Part shown: positions 1 through 12,315 of the stretch, piece after piece
How the letters are laid out: every line of letters begins with the position of its first letter
How positions within the stretch are numbered: position 1 is the first letter of the stretch
Origin: Seison nebaliae
Taxonomy: Eukaryota
Direction of reading: 5' to 3'
Assembly: GCA_023231475.1 (NCBI GenBank)
Contig: JALJEE010000928.1
Span: 1-64,000, forward strand
Length of the DNA stretch: 64,000 nucleotides
Program-made: the position numbers and the translations under genes
Notes under the pieces: generated by a model
The model's input: only the letters and a program-made list of their open reading frames with translations
Databases searched by the model: none
Told to the model about the DNA's origin: nothing

Positions 1-1461
1 AAAAAAAGCTTGAGAAGTTTTTTTCTTTTAGCGTAGAAGTTTTGGGTAAGATCAAAAATATTCTTGAACGATACACTGAATAATAGTGACAATTTTTCCT
101 TTGAGAATATATCTGAAATACCATTAGAATTTCTACCTCCGCTAACATTTCCGCAAATCCCATCTTCATCGGAATCGGTTGATAATGTAAATTTAATTGT
201 AACTCGAAGAGGAAATCTACACTGTCTACAGAATCTATGATATAAATATATCCATAAATGTTCTGGGTTTAAAATTACCCTTTCCTATTTTAGCTGTATA
301 CAGAATTTTTATTATATATTATATATGCTAAAATTAAATATGTTCATCAAAATATTTGATAAATTATTTTATATTATTAGTATATTATTTATTAATAACG
401 GTAAAACCGCAGTTTATCTAATTTTTACTAGATGTTTACAAATTATATATTATCATTTATCTTTAGTTTACAACAGTACAAATTTAACAGAGCTGATTAC
501 ATTTGATTTCAACAATAGCTAAACGATGACTGATGAAATCAAAAGAAATTGCCGCAAAGGAATTCGGACCAATTTCAAATGAGAATTTGCGATTGGACTC
601 AATAAGAAATGAAATCCGACTGTAAATCACTTGGATAAAGGAAAGATAAAGACATAGTAAAAAAGATTATAGAGACTTAATTTATAATATAAAAAGCACT
701 AGAAAGAATAATTTATATGTAGTTATAGTACTTTGATAATATCCTTTTACCCTTAAAATTAATATTCCTAGCGGATTAGTTCAACGCTACTCGGAAGAGA
801 TGATCGATAATCTTTAATTTTTTCCAATGATGACGAGCCAATGGACCATTAACTTTCCGCTAAAATACCGTTAACTTTTTATTCTGATGTGTATTTTTTC
901 TAACGATGGCGTAGTATAAATCTTTCGATAAATTATCAACGTTTTATTTTTGAAAAACAATTCATATTTAAGGTAATACGCTATTTGATTATTACAATAA
1001 AAAGGATTTCAAATCACTTTTATTATGGAGAACTTGTGGATAAGATCAAAAATCTCAAAGAAATACGATGATTTCGTTACAGTTAAATTTGGTAATCTCT
1101 TTTTCGGATTCCGAGAATTCGTCATCCTGTTCTTCTAAAAATGGTTATTCGATGTAAACGATAAATTCAATTATTCTCAATGTTCATTTGAGTTTCTTTT
1201 CGATGATGATGATTTTCCTTTTGGAATATTAATGACACTATGTCGCAATGGTAGACATAATTCTGATGGATTATAATACCCACAAAATGACGATGAGCTT
1301 GACATTGGGAATTGCGACATTTTCATTGTCGGCTCTTGTTTCTTTAGCATGGTACGGGGTTCAAACCAAAAAATGAGGTTTCTATTGATATTGGGATTTG
1401 CCCCTAGTATGGTAATATTTCTAGTACCATACTGGGCTTCTAAATCCTTCTCTATGGCAAA

Positions 1462-1597
1462 AGGAAGTCATCGCCGATGTTTCTCTTTCCTAAGAACGGT
1501 TCTCTCTTAAATTTCAGATTTAGCACTGAAAAAATTGGAGGTAGCTTACTTTTTTTCACATTTTCTTAGGAAAGAGAAACGTCGGAGATAACTTCCT
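1462..1597. mobile_element. MITE-like element with ~35-bp terminal inverted repeats
   Basis: aggaagtcatcgccgatgtttctctttcctaagaa (1462-1496) is the reverse complement, with 3 mismatches, of ttcttaggaaagagaaacgtcggagataacttcct (1563-1597). Interior is non-coding; no clear target-site duplication seen. Confidence 0.6.
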
Positions 1598-2579
1598 ACA
1601 ATCCTTTTCTCTTACCATATTTTTATTTTTCCTTATCAGAACCATAATTATTCCAATACTCGCTACGAACATTGCGCGTATATCTTACGGAAAATATTGA
1701 AGGTTGAAAATCGAATTGAAATCTTTCAAACATTTTAAACAATTTAATTATGGATTCATACAATATTTCTTCATTCATATACTCCACTCTGTTTTCAATG
1801 TCGTTTAAAATGTCTTTGAAATAAAATTATATTTATTAATTTTTTTTATTTTTTATTGTAAATGTAAATCCCTATAGGGTAATTGATAAATAAAAATTAA
1901 AAATTCACGATCTTGGTATATGATTTTTGAGATTGTCAGGAACCAAGTCTCACACTTCCGTCTCCACTCATTTCCGTATCTTCATAACTACTCGTCGTCA
2001 AGGAACTCTTTCCTGACTTCATTTATTATTTGTTTATTTTAATTTGAATTAAATAAATCCTGAGCTCAGTCACTTCAATTAGTATAAAGTTTAATTTTAA
2101 AGATTTCACACTAACGTAAGACTTCACACACTTTTATTCTGAAAGATAATATATAAAATAAACCACACATTTCAATTTTTGAAATGTTCAACAATCCTTA
2201 ACGAATAAATTTAGTGTCGTGGGACTAACAAGTAAAACAATTTACAAAACTACGTATAACTAATTAATAAGGTTTAGGTCTATTTCATTTATTTTTCATT
2301 ACCATACAACAGGTATGGGCAGAAGGTATAATCCTCATAATTTTTTCTTCCTTTAAGAATAGATTGTATTGCATTTTTTCATAATCGAATCATTTACTAA
2401 CTAACAATGTAATAATTGTAATAATAATAATAATAATAATTGTAAGAGAATTTTCAAAAATTGGCACCGAAGGCCTATCTAACGGAATTATGTACTTTAG
2501 ACCCTTATTTTTGCCTTCGGCTGTTGTTGATTCGAGGAAGATTATTCAATGTTCACATTTCTTGCGAAACTCCAGGACC

Positions 2580-2830
2580 AAAAGCGTTTTCTCTCAATTT
2601 TTTTAATTGATTAAGTTGTTCGATATTTTTGGACGACTCATGATTATGGCAAATTTTTTTTCGCCATATTTCAGTGCCGTTTAAAGTGATATATGATTTG
2701 CACTTCTTATCTTGAGCTCGAGCGCAAAAATAATTAACTTTCCCGGAAGAGTACGTTCTCCGATAGTAAAATATGTTATTTTGAAAAGTGATGGCATTAT
2801 TTTCTTTAGATGTTTTAATTAGTTTTAATA
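2580..2830 (-). pseudogene. FLYWCH zinc-finger remnant, probably from a Mutator-like (MULE) transposon
   Basis: Minus-strand translation KLIKTSKENNAITFQNNIFYYRRTYSSGKVNYFCARAQDKKCKSYITLNGTEIWRKKICHNHE fits the FLYWCH Y..C..C..HNH pattern. No intact start. Confidence 0.6.
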
Positions 2831-2897
2831 AATAAAAATTTCATTTAAAAAGAATCTTCTTGTATAGAATATATAACAAAAGCATCATCCACAAAAA

Positions 2898-3080
2898 AAG
2901 AGTAGAACTGTCCTAAATTACAAAAAGAGGCGTATAACTGTCCTGTTTTACAGAAAAAGGGAGTAGAAGTGTACGAAATTTTTCAAAAAGGAGTAGAACT
3001 GTCCTTTTTGATAAAACACAAGGAGTAGAACTGTCCGTTTTTGAAGGAAAAACCAAAAGGAGTAGAACTGTCCGGCAATC
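2898..3080. repeat. Six ~30-37-bp-period subrepeats (core GGAGTAGAACTGTCC); likely MULE terminal inverted repeat ending ...GTCCGGCAATC
   Basis: Core seen at about 2899, 2929, 2960, 2990, 3022 and 3059 with A-rich spacers. Lies between the FLYWCH and MULE transposase remnants. Confidence 0.7.
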
Positions 3081-3111
3081 AAACAAAAAAGTCAAAATAT
3101 ACAAATTAGTT

Positions 3112-3911
3112 TTAAATAAATTTATTCAGGTATGAGACGACCTGATCTTTATTATAATTCGCGACTTTCTTTCTTATCTCTTCATCTTTCTTAAATTGCT
3201 TCTTCGGGACTCTTTTCAATTCTCCTTTCATAGTTTGGTTGAATTTTGTGACCTCTAAATTTAATTTTGTTTCAATTAATACTTCAGTTTTTTGTACATC
3301 CATTTTTGGTTTTTACCAGAGTTCAGGAGGAAATAATGGTGTGGTAAACCCAGAAAAAGAAGAATAGCCCACATAGTTTTTTTCGAAATAGAAGATAGTA
3401 TCTTTCGCGTCGTCCGAAACTGATTCACCTATCTTCCTAAAATGTCCTAAATGCTAATGGAATGTCCTCGAGTGGTACAAATGAAAGGGTCTTAAGTAAT
3501 TGAATTTCTTTCTGATAACTCTTATTCGATTGATATTCTATTTTTTTCCTAAACTTTGTACCTGTCTAATAATATATTGCTCTAAATGGAAATAACAACC
3601 GTGGATTGTTGCACTGGGGAAGACTAACCTAAACGCGTTAATTGTTGCTAGCTCAAAATCTACTGTTATCGAACAAACTATCCTGTTTCCTAAGAATTTC
3701 CTAAGTTCCGAAAAAACCTCGACCTAATGTTTATAAATTGATTCTCTAATAAAAACGAAATGACGTAAAGCTGGAAATATCCTAAAGGGGCCCTATCAAA
3801 TGTGCCGTCCGCAAATAAATGGAGGTTTGTTTGTATTCTATCTCTAATTCTAATATTCAAATAAACTATAAATTCTTCCTTTGAAATTTTTCCTCCCTCT
3901 TTAAAAACCAC
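3112..3911 (-). mobile_element. Degraded MULE (Mutator-like) DDE transposase
   Basis: LFADGTFDRAPLGYFQLYVI and, in another frame, [31 protein letters not shown] match MULE motifs DGTF and DFE.A..NA...FP...GC.FH. Broken by frameshifts and stops. Confidence 0.85.
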
Positions 3912-4099
3912 TTCCTCCTTTTCTTGCTTTCGAACATTTCTTGTAACCTATGAAATTCTTCTAAAAACACTTTGTACGTCAACCGGCGCTTTTGAAAGTG
4001 TTCTGGTGCTAGTGAGGATGGTGCTTCACTTGGGCATTTACTTGCTTCATCTATCGTATTCTTCAATTCCAATTTTTCGATTTCCAGTTTCTCCATATC

Positions 4100-4944
4100 A
4101 TGCGAATGGTTGTGTCACGTACTGATTCTCGTCATAAATATATCGTGTCAATGTGTGACAAAATGTCGAAATTGGTGATTCTGAAAGCAGTTGAGGATCA
4201 AACTTTTTCCCGAATATCGACAGCAATTACGGATTGGATAAATTTGTTCGGATCAGTGAAAACATTGATAACTGATGCGGGCTCCAATATCACTTCCGAA
4301 AACATGAATTCGTCTTGTGAAGCACTAGGAATTCGAAAAATTTCCGCGACCCCACATCATCAAAGAGTGGGGCAAATCGAGCACACTCATTATTACTCAA
4401 AGCGGCGTTGTCGATGTTTGTTTACCGAAATGAAGCAGAATGGAACAAGATAAAGTTTTTACAATTCGCGTATAATAGCAGAATTGATGCAGCAACAGGA
4501 TTTGCTCCACATCAAATTATTTTCAGTAAAAATTAAACCAGTGGCACAATTCTTTACCCACCAATTGTTGAGGAAGTCTCATCAAGGACGAAAACGTTCT
4601 TCGAAAAAGTTCGTCAAGTACGAAGGGATATAACGCGAATTATCGACATTGCGAAAACGTCTGAACGGAAATACCGGAGAGAAATGGAAATCCGGTATAA
4701 TAAGAACTCAAAAGCCATATCTTACGTTGCAGGTGAGTGGGTACGAGTAAAAATGATGAATCCGGCTCCGTTCGGATCCTCTTCCAAGTTCACCAAGCGT
4801 TTATCCGAACCCTTTCGGATTATTCGTGTTGTGAGCAGCAATCGCTTAGAAGTTGGTAATGGACATATAAAGAAAATTATAAATTTCGATATTGCAATTC
4901 CAGAACCGCATTATAGAGAAGATGGGAAGTGTCGTGATATATGA
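4100..4944 (+). mobile_element. Ty3/Gypsy LTR retrotransposon integrase remnant
   Basis: rve-like KYIVSMCDKMSK...WINLFGSVKTLITDAGSNITSE...KISATPHHQRVGQIE, then FAYNSRIDAATGFAPHQIIF and a GPY/F-like C-terminus (KFTKRLSEPFRII). Frameshifted. Confidence 0.8.
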
Positions 4945-5050
4945 ACCTAAATTGATAAGTTGGCTTAACACATAATGTGAGGAATTAATTAGTCTCTTTT
5001 TTTAATAAACTATTGTGTATCTTTCTGAACCTTATGCGCTATCCGTAACA
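4930..5050 (+). mobile_element. Candidate short 3' LTR of the Gypsy remnant
   Basis: Purine-rich tract agagaagatgggaag (about 4915-4929) is directly followed by TGT. The segment contains AATAAA and ends in ...ccgtaACA. Confidence 0.45.
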
Positions 5051-5160
5051 ATTTAAGAAACATTTTCTTACGATCAGTATGTTGAACGTGGATATGACTC
5101 TTGTTTCGTTTCTTAAGCCCAATAGTGTTAAAAAGGAAAGTTTTAAAAAATTCTTTCGAA

Positions 5161-8100
5161 ATGAACTTTTGGAAATTAGATGCTGAAATAGCAAGAAAAA
5201 GTTTCGATAGGAATAAAGAAAAGAAAAAAAGTTTATTGGAAAATACCGATTTTTCTAATATCAGTCTTCGACCATATCAAGTTGATGGAGTAATTTGGAT
5301 GTACACACAATATGAGCGAAAGCTAGGTGGAATATTGGCGGATGAAATGGGTTTGGGTAAAACTTACCAATCGCTTTGTTACATCTCATTCATTAGGAAG
5401 ACGATTGGGAAATGTCTTTGTTTAATTGTTTGTCCCCTATCGATCATAGAGAATTGGGAGAATGAATGGAAAGTATGTTTGTCCAAAGTTCCTCTGCATC
5501 GATTTTATGGTGAAAAAGAAACAGTTTTAGAAGAGATTATTGATTTCGATGATGGAATTGTTTTGACGACATATGATTATTTGAAACATTTAAAGAAAAC
5601 CGTCAAGAAATTCATGGTCGGAATATTTGATGAGGGACATCGTTTTAAGAATGTTAATTCCGTCACTCGACAACATTGTCTCAACATTTCAATTCGTCAA
5701 CGTATCATTTTAACGGGAACGCCAATCCAAAACAATTTAAATGAATTTATTTCACTTTGCTATTTTGTGGGAAGGAAAGGATTCGACGAACGGGAATATG
5801 ATGACATTGTTGAGGATTATAAAAAGAAGATTGAAAAAGATGAAATAAAACTAAAACTTTTATCTGATTCTCTGTTGTTACGAAGAATCAAAGAAGAAGT
5901 TCTGCCTAATCTCCCTAAAATGAAAGAGACAATTCTCTATCATCATCTCACCGATATTCAAATCGATCTTTACAAAAATTTATTAGCTCGTAATCGAGAA
6001 AAGTTGAATGAATCGATAAATCTTCAAAATATAATGATGCAATTAAGAAAAACATGTTGTCATCCTTATCTCTTCCAGGGTTAACACATTTATTTCTCTT
6101 CATAGAAATATCAAACAAATTATCATAGGAATTGAACCGGAACCGTTTAAGGAAGGTGAACATATCGTAGAGGCATCAGGGAAATTGAAAATTTTAGATT
6201 TGTTATTAAAACATCTAAAATCGTGTGGTCATCGAACATTAATTTTCTCTCAATTTGTCATGTGTCTGGATATTCTTCAGGATTATTGTGAATTTCGAAG
6301 TTCAATTTCTTCCCACAATTTCAATTTTAGTCTTGCTTAGAATGGAAATATTCTCGATTGGATGGAACGTTAAAAGTGGATGAAAGGAAAGAAGCAATTG
6401 AGAGATTTGTCCAAGGAGATAATGATCATGATTCCTTCATATTTCTCATGTCCACTCGAAGTGGTGGAGTGGGATTGAATTTGACGGTGGCGGATACAGT
6501 GATTTTTTATGATTCAGATTTCAATCCTCAAAATGATATGCAAGCAATGGCGAGAGTGCATCGTATTGGACAAAGGAAGTTCATTTAAATTTCTTAATTA
6601 ATTCCTTCTTTAAATCTGAATAGAAATGTCCAAGTTATTCGATTATGTGTAAAGAACAGTATTGAGGAGATAATTGTTCGTAGAGCTGTGGAGAAAAAGA
6701 AATTAAGTGAGAAATTATTAAATGATTCAGAGAAAATTGGGCAAGATAAAATCGGAGTTAAATCCTCAGAAATCGTTTCACATTTATTTTATTGAGACAT
6801 TTCCAATTTCGTTTGATAGAGAGATATCTTAATATTTGGAGTCCATAAATTGTTTGAGACAAGAGAAGATCATTCGAATGATTATAATGTCGAGAAGATC
6901 GTTGGAATGACGAAAAATAAAGAATGGCAATTAACTGTGAAAGATCAAAATGATGATGAAGTGGAACATTCAATTGACGGGGATGATGAAAGAGAAAATG
7001 ATGAACTTCATTCTAGGAAAAGAAAAAGAGGAATCGAACATATTTATGAGTTTGAAGGGAAAATTTATAATCCGTATCGAAAGAATGATTTGGAAACTTT
7101 GAATAATTTAACACCGAAACAAATTAAAGGTTTTTCCTCCTCTTTAATAATTATGAAAATATTTTATATTTGAAAAGTCGCTAAAAAACAAACGAAAAAC
7201 AAACTGACTTCCGTGGAAAAAGAAGCCGTCCAGAAAGTTCATTGTATTTTATCTTGATCATCAATTTTATGTTTGATAGAGGAGAGAAGAGAATCGAAAG
7301 AAACGATTATTGAAAGCACAAGAATTATTCAAAGACTCTTGTTTAAAATACGATTTTCAAACGGAACGTTTAAATTATGATGAACAACGTGATGATGATA
7401 AATCAGCAGTATATCTGAAACATTTAAACATATTGAAATTACTTAACAAAGAGAATTCCAATGATGATTCTGATGATTCGATGTCAATGAGAGTACTGGG
7501 AAAATTGATTAATGTTAAAGGAAATGTCGTTTATCCGATAGTGGAGAAGGAAAATGTATCGAAATCGTCCATTATTATTCATTGTGTAAGTTAAATTAAT
7601 TTCATAATTTTCTAATATTTTCATTCCACAGATAATTCTGGTCGATGGAGTAAATATGGTATATTCAATAGTATTAGTAAAATAAGTGATAAAGTTGAAG
7701 AGTATTACAAAAAAGCGAAAGAATGCAACGATATGAAATTGGGAGATGTTCATCTCATTCCGTTCCGTACCAGAAAATCAAATCAAACCAAAATTATAGA
7801 TTACTTATCATTAATCATCGTCATCGATTCGACAGGTAAGATCGTACAAAGAGCATTGGATAGTGGTATGTCATTTCTTTCTATTCATCAGTTTCAGATA
7901 TATTTGTTATTATTTAGCGTTAGAATCGATTGGGAGATTGATAGAGAGTGGAAGATCGGCAACTATTCACTTACCAAGAATCGGCGAGAAGAATCGTAAA
8001 GGTCTTAGACAACTTTTGTCAAATTAAGAATGTATAACTTAATTTAAAGGAATCGATTGGTATGGTTGTGAGAAGATTGTGAAGAAACAATTTGGTGGAC

Positions 8101-8375
8101 GACAATTACCAGTGTACGTCTACTATTTTGATGGAAGCTGTAATTATCGTACACATTCATTATCATCTATTGTCTATCAAGACGAACCAGAAAGAAGAAG
8201 ATCATCATCAGAATCTTCTCATTTATCCACTTCATCTTCCACTATCACAATTTCATCTTTATCATCAGCTGCTTCAACGTCTCGAACGAGATATTTAGAG
8301 TCATCAACAGTTGAATCATATTTATCACCCAATGAACTAATAGGAAGTAATATCATTTATTCTGACGATGAATGA
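5161..8375 (+). CDS. CHD1L: CHD1L/ALC1 SNF2-family chromatin remodeller with C-terminal macro domain (10 exons)
   Basis: [77 protein letters not shown]; macro-like HCVNNSGRW...IHLPRIG...[10 protein letters not shown]. Nine short GT-AG introns restore the frame. Confidence 0.9.
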
Positions 8376-8398
8376 CAAAATTTTATTCCCTCAATATT

Positions 8399-9173
8399 TC
8401 ATTGATGGAAATTCTCTTCTGATCCATCGATCAGATGTAACTGATTATCATATTTCTCATTTTCCAAATTCTCTTTCGACACAAGAACATTCTGTAACAA
8501 GTTCTCCGTTTTTTGTGCAATTTTTATATTCTCCTTTAGATCTCTCACCGTTTCATCTTTCTGTTTCATTTTATGTATAATATCAGCATTGATCTCCTCT
8601 TCAACTTGCTGTTCCATTTCATTGTAGATCTCGCTCTCCGACGGTTCGATATCTGGCGGTTTTTGTGATTGTGCAAATCGTCTCGTTTCCATTTCAATGA
8701 CACTTAGAGTCTATTATAAAATAAATTGTATTTTCTTTTATTTCTAATTTCTAACTTGTGTCACTGCACCAATTACACTTAACAGAGATTGTGTACCTTG
8801 AATAGAAATTCGAGAACAGGATTCTTTAGTATTCAATAAAATCTTCTCTAAAATCGAATTATTAGGCAAACATTTAATTTGTATTTTTACTTACCTAAAC
8901 CAGCATCAATTACATCGTTCAAAGCAGAAATATACGCATATTCCGTATGTTGGAACAATGTTTTCTCTTGTTTCAATTTCAACATATTGTTCATCATCGT
9001 CACATGCTTCGCAGTAAGTTCCTGTTGATTTTGCACCTATTTATTCGTCATTTTTTTTCTTTTTTAATAGTTTAATATTTCAGTTAATTGCTAACACGAT
9101 CCAATACCGCATCTTTTGTCGACGAAGATTTTTTCTTATTTTTAGGAAAGAGCATGTTAGACAACATACTCAT
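8399..9173 (-). CDS. Uncharacterised coiled-coil-like protein (4 exons)
   Basis: Three GT-AG introns join MSMLSNMLFPKNKKK...DR / VQNQQELTAKH...DAGL / EKILLNTKE...VTQ / TLSVIEMETRR...NFHQ into one ORF. No family recognised. Confidence 0.65.
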
Positions 9174-12100
9174 CGCAGCTGATAAAGTGATTTTAAGAGA
9201 ATAGAAAGTGAAAGAAATTGAGAACAATAAAATCGTTTATGTCGTTCGTGAGGAGTCGATTCGACATTAGGCAATTCGTTGGTCAGAATTAAAAGATTAA
9301 TACTGAAAAAAAAGAAAAGCATTAGGAGGAAAGTGAAAAAGGAAAAACGAAAGATTGAGAGGGGGAGAATAAACGAGAAAAGTACTATTGTTCTCTAAAT
9401 CGCAATTTCCAAGTTCTTTCCTTCTATTTTTATAACATTGGAACTTTAATAATTCTTCCACTTTATCAATAACAAATAAATATGTCTAACGTGAGGTGGG
9501 AGGGAGTGAGTTGCTCAAATGGGTAAACAATATTTTTTTCAAAATCTTCCATTGAATAGTAGTGTGTGATTGGCGGAAGGATGATTACAATTGAAATTGA
9601 AATAGATAAATTTCGATGATTACGTATTTGCGTATGAAAAGAATATTTAAAATTATTTGACTACATCCAATCTTCTCATACTTTCAGTCTGGAACATGTA
9701 AATACGGATATTTGTAATAATTATATGCGTAAGTATAATCATTTTCATGTAAAGCTATTTTGACATTGAGCACAAAATGTTATTCCAATATTAATTCCAA
9801 CATCTTCCACTATACTTAATTTATCGATTTTTTTCTTCCAGAAAGTATACTTTTGTGACGACAATGATTATGAAGTAAGAATAACAAGCATGTTCTAATG
9901 AAGACAACTAAAGTTTTTTTTGAATTTTCTGAAAATAATCCAAATGCTGCACAATAATTATCTAATCAGTAGTCTCATAACTATTTACATAATAATGACT
10001 CGAACTAAGAAGTTGATGATTATTGGAGAATAAATTAACTTAATTACCTTAGGTTTTTTTTTATCGATAATTCAAATAAATTAGTCAATTTTTATTAGAT
10101 AAATCCACTAGTATTAACTGACATGCTCGATATTCTGTTCGATTTGATTCAGTGAAATTTGAATTGATATTTTTCCTTATCATTCGTAGAAATTCTCATA
10201 AGCATATAACAATGAAGTAAGCACGGGAATATAATTCCAGTTTGTTGGCACTAAAAGGTTATTATGTTCACTAATAGACAGTTACACAATAGACTGCTAT
10301 CTTAGTGAAAGCAGATGCATTGAACGATTTAATGATCATGTTCTCTTCTGGGAATCATGTTATTCAAAAAGAAGCACATTTCGAAATGGAGGAATGTTAT
10401 TCAATTTGAAAACTGTGAAAAGGAAACACAATTTCTACATCCACCCAATCGACCATGAATTAGCTTCATGAGTTTGTCCCATGACACATAGCACAACTGG
10501 ACGGGAATGTGATGGACAATACGCATATTTCCAATATCAAGAAAATGCAAAATTGCTATTATATAATCGATTTCTACTGTGTCAATCATATGAACCCATT
10601 ATCACCTTCTTTATCATATGGAGTAAATTTCCATCGATGATGATGCATTGAGGAAACTCATGCATACGAATATGTATACTAGTTCTAACATGTAGATGTT
10701 CAGGAGAAAGAATGTTATTCGGCTACAATGCAGTATCCGTCGAAAGCAAATTTTATTTTTCTTCTTCTTATCCGTTTTATTCATATAAGTCATTAGTCTT
10801 ATTTTGTAAACCATCATATAATCATTTTATGATGTATTTAATTCAAGTATGGTGACAGAAAAATATTGATAAAAGAAATTATTCGTGCCAAAGAAATAAC
10901 GATAATGAATTTTCTCCATTAACATATGGGAGAAATAGATAATGAATGTCGGATAAATTCATATAATTCAAACAATGAAAGAAGGATTTTTATCAATTCT
11001 TTAAATTTTACTATTCTATTTGCTTCCATTATGGAAGCAACAAAATTTATGGAAGTTCCATATCAAATTTCATTCATAATTTCACTTCTCATCTCTCCCA
11101 TAACAAGTGCTTAATAGATACCGCATAATGATCGATATAAATGTTCATGGCTGAAAAATCATTTCTCTTGTCTAATTGTTTCATAATCCATTGAAGTATT
11201 TGTGGGCGAAACTAATAACAAAAGAAAATTTTACTTATAAAAATTATTAATGTACTTAATTACGTACGTAAACATCCCACATAGTTTATTTTTATACCAT
11301 ATTTAAAGAGAAGCATGATGCAATTCTTATAGATAATGAGAGAGGAAGTTGGTTTTTTTAAACTTTTTTTTAACAGTAACTTTTTTACAATTAACAAATA
11401 GACTTCAATTGAGTATTAGGTTACAAATAATTCGGTTAGTGCTCAATTTCAATAGACAAATTATTCGATCTAAAGTACCTTTAATACTGTCCAACAATTT
11501 TTGGAGAGCAAAAATAATTATGCAGACAAAAATTAAAGAATTTATTTGTGATGTATTCCCACTAAATTCTTAATAACGTCGTAATAAGGAAATCAGAAAC
11601 AACTGTAAAAGTAATGAATCATTTTATACAAGTACCCCGTTTGGTTATTACCTTTCCACTGGGACACACATGTCGATTTTTTTACTGTCTGTGACGAATG
11701 TTCTTGTCCAGAAATATGTACTTGTTTGATTCATGAGCATTAAGTAAAGACTATATCGGAAAATTATCTGTGCATTATTGCATGAGTTGTACTTTTTTTA
11801 TCCTTTATTCATAGGTAATAATTAAATTATTATTTTTATGTTAATAATTTATTAAACTCATAGGTTAAAAATTAAATACTAAACGAACAAACATTGTACA
11901 TATTATTAATGATTTTACTAATTTTTAAGTAAATTGTAAGTGACTTATGAATAAACTGATTACTGCACTTATAAGAACCGACGCTTACATCAGTGATGGT
12001 TTTCCGGAATGACGTCGGAAATCTTAATCTTATAAATAATTTAACTTCAGATGGAATTTCATCCATTTTATGATTGAGTGGGTATTTTAGATATGTGAAA

Positions 12101-12185
12101 TTTAAAGAAAGTAACTGTAACGAAAGTAAAGAAAATATTAGACTTTCTACCGTCCCACATAGTTGAAGATGACTAAATTTTTGAA

Positions 12186-12315
12186 TTTAAAGACGAATTT
12201 AAAAGAAAGTGGCAGTCTAACGAAAGAAAGTTATAAAGATGACTAAATTTTTGGAAATTATTCACTATAACTTTCTTTCGTTAGACTTTCACTTTCTTTA
12301 AAATTCGTCTTTAAA
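12186..12315. repeat. ~50-bp inverted repeat with 30-bp spacer (foldback/MITE-like)
   Basis: tttaaagacgaatttaaaagaaagtggcagtctaacgaaagaaagttata (12186-12235) pairs with 12266-12315. Direct repeat aagatgactaaatttttg at about 12166 and 12236. Confidence 0.75.

Noticed and set aside
60..260. Possible further FLYWCH/MULE N-terminal remnant (…NLIVTRRGNL…)
   Set aside because: Too short and degenerate to support.
2898..3080. Regularly spaced repeats resembling a CRISPR array
   Set aside because: The core is only about 15 bp, the spacers are short, A-rich and similar to each other, the context is eukaryotic with no cas genes, and it is flanked by MULE remnants.
3866..4096. Minus-strand ORF possibly a gag fragment
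   Set aside because: No diagnostic motif, and the orientation is opposite to the adjacent integrase.
5161..8375. Fragmented ORFs suggesting pseudogenes, frameshifting or an alternative genetic code
   Set aside because: Every break is explained by a short GT-AG intron, and intronless genes (dynamin, FNTB) translate normally with the standard code.
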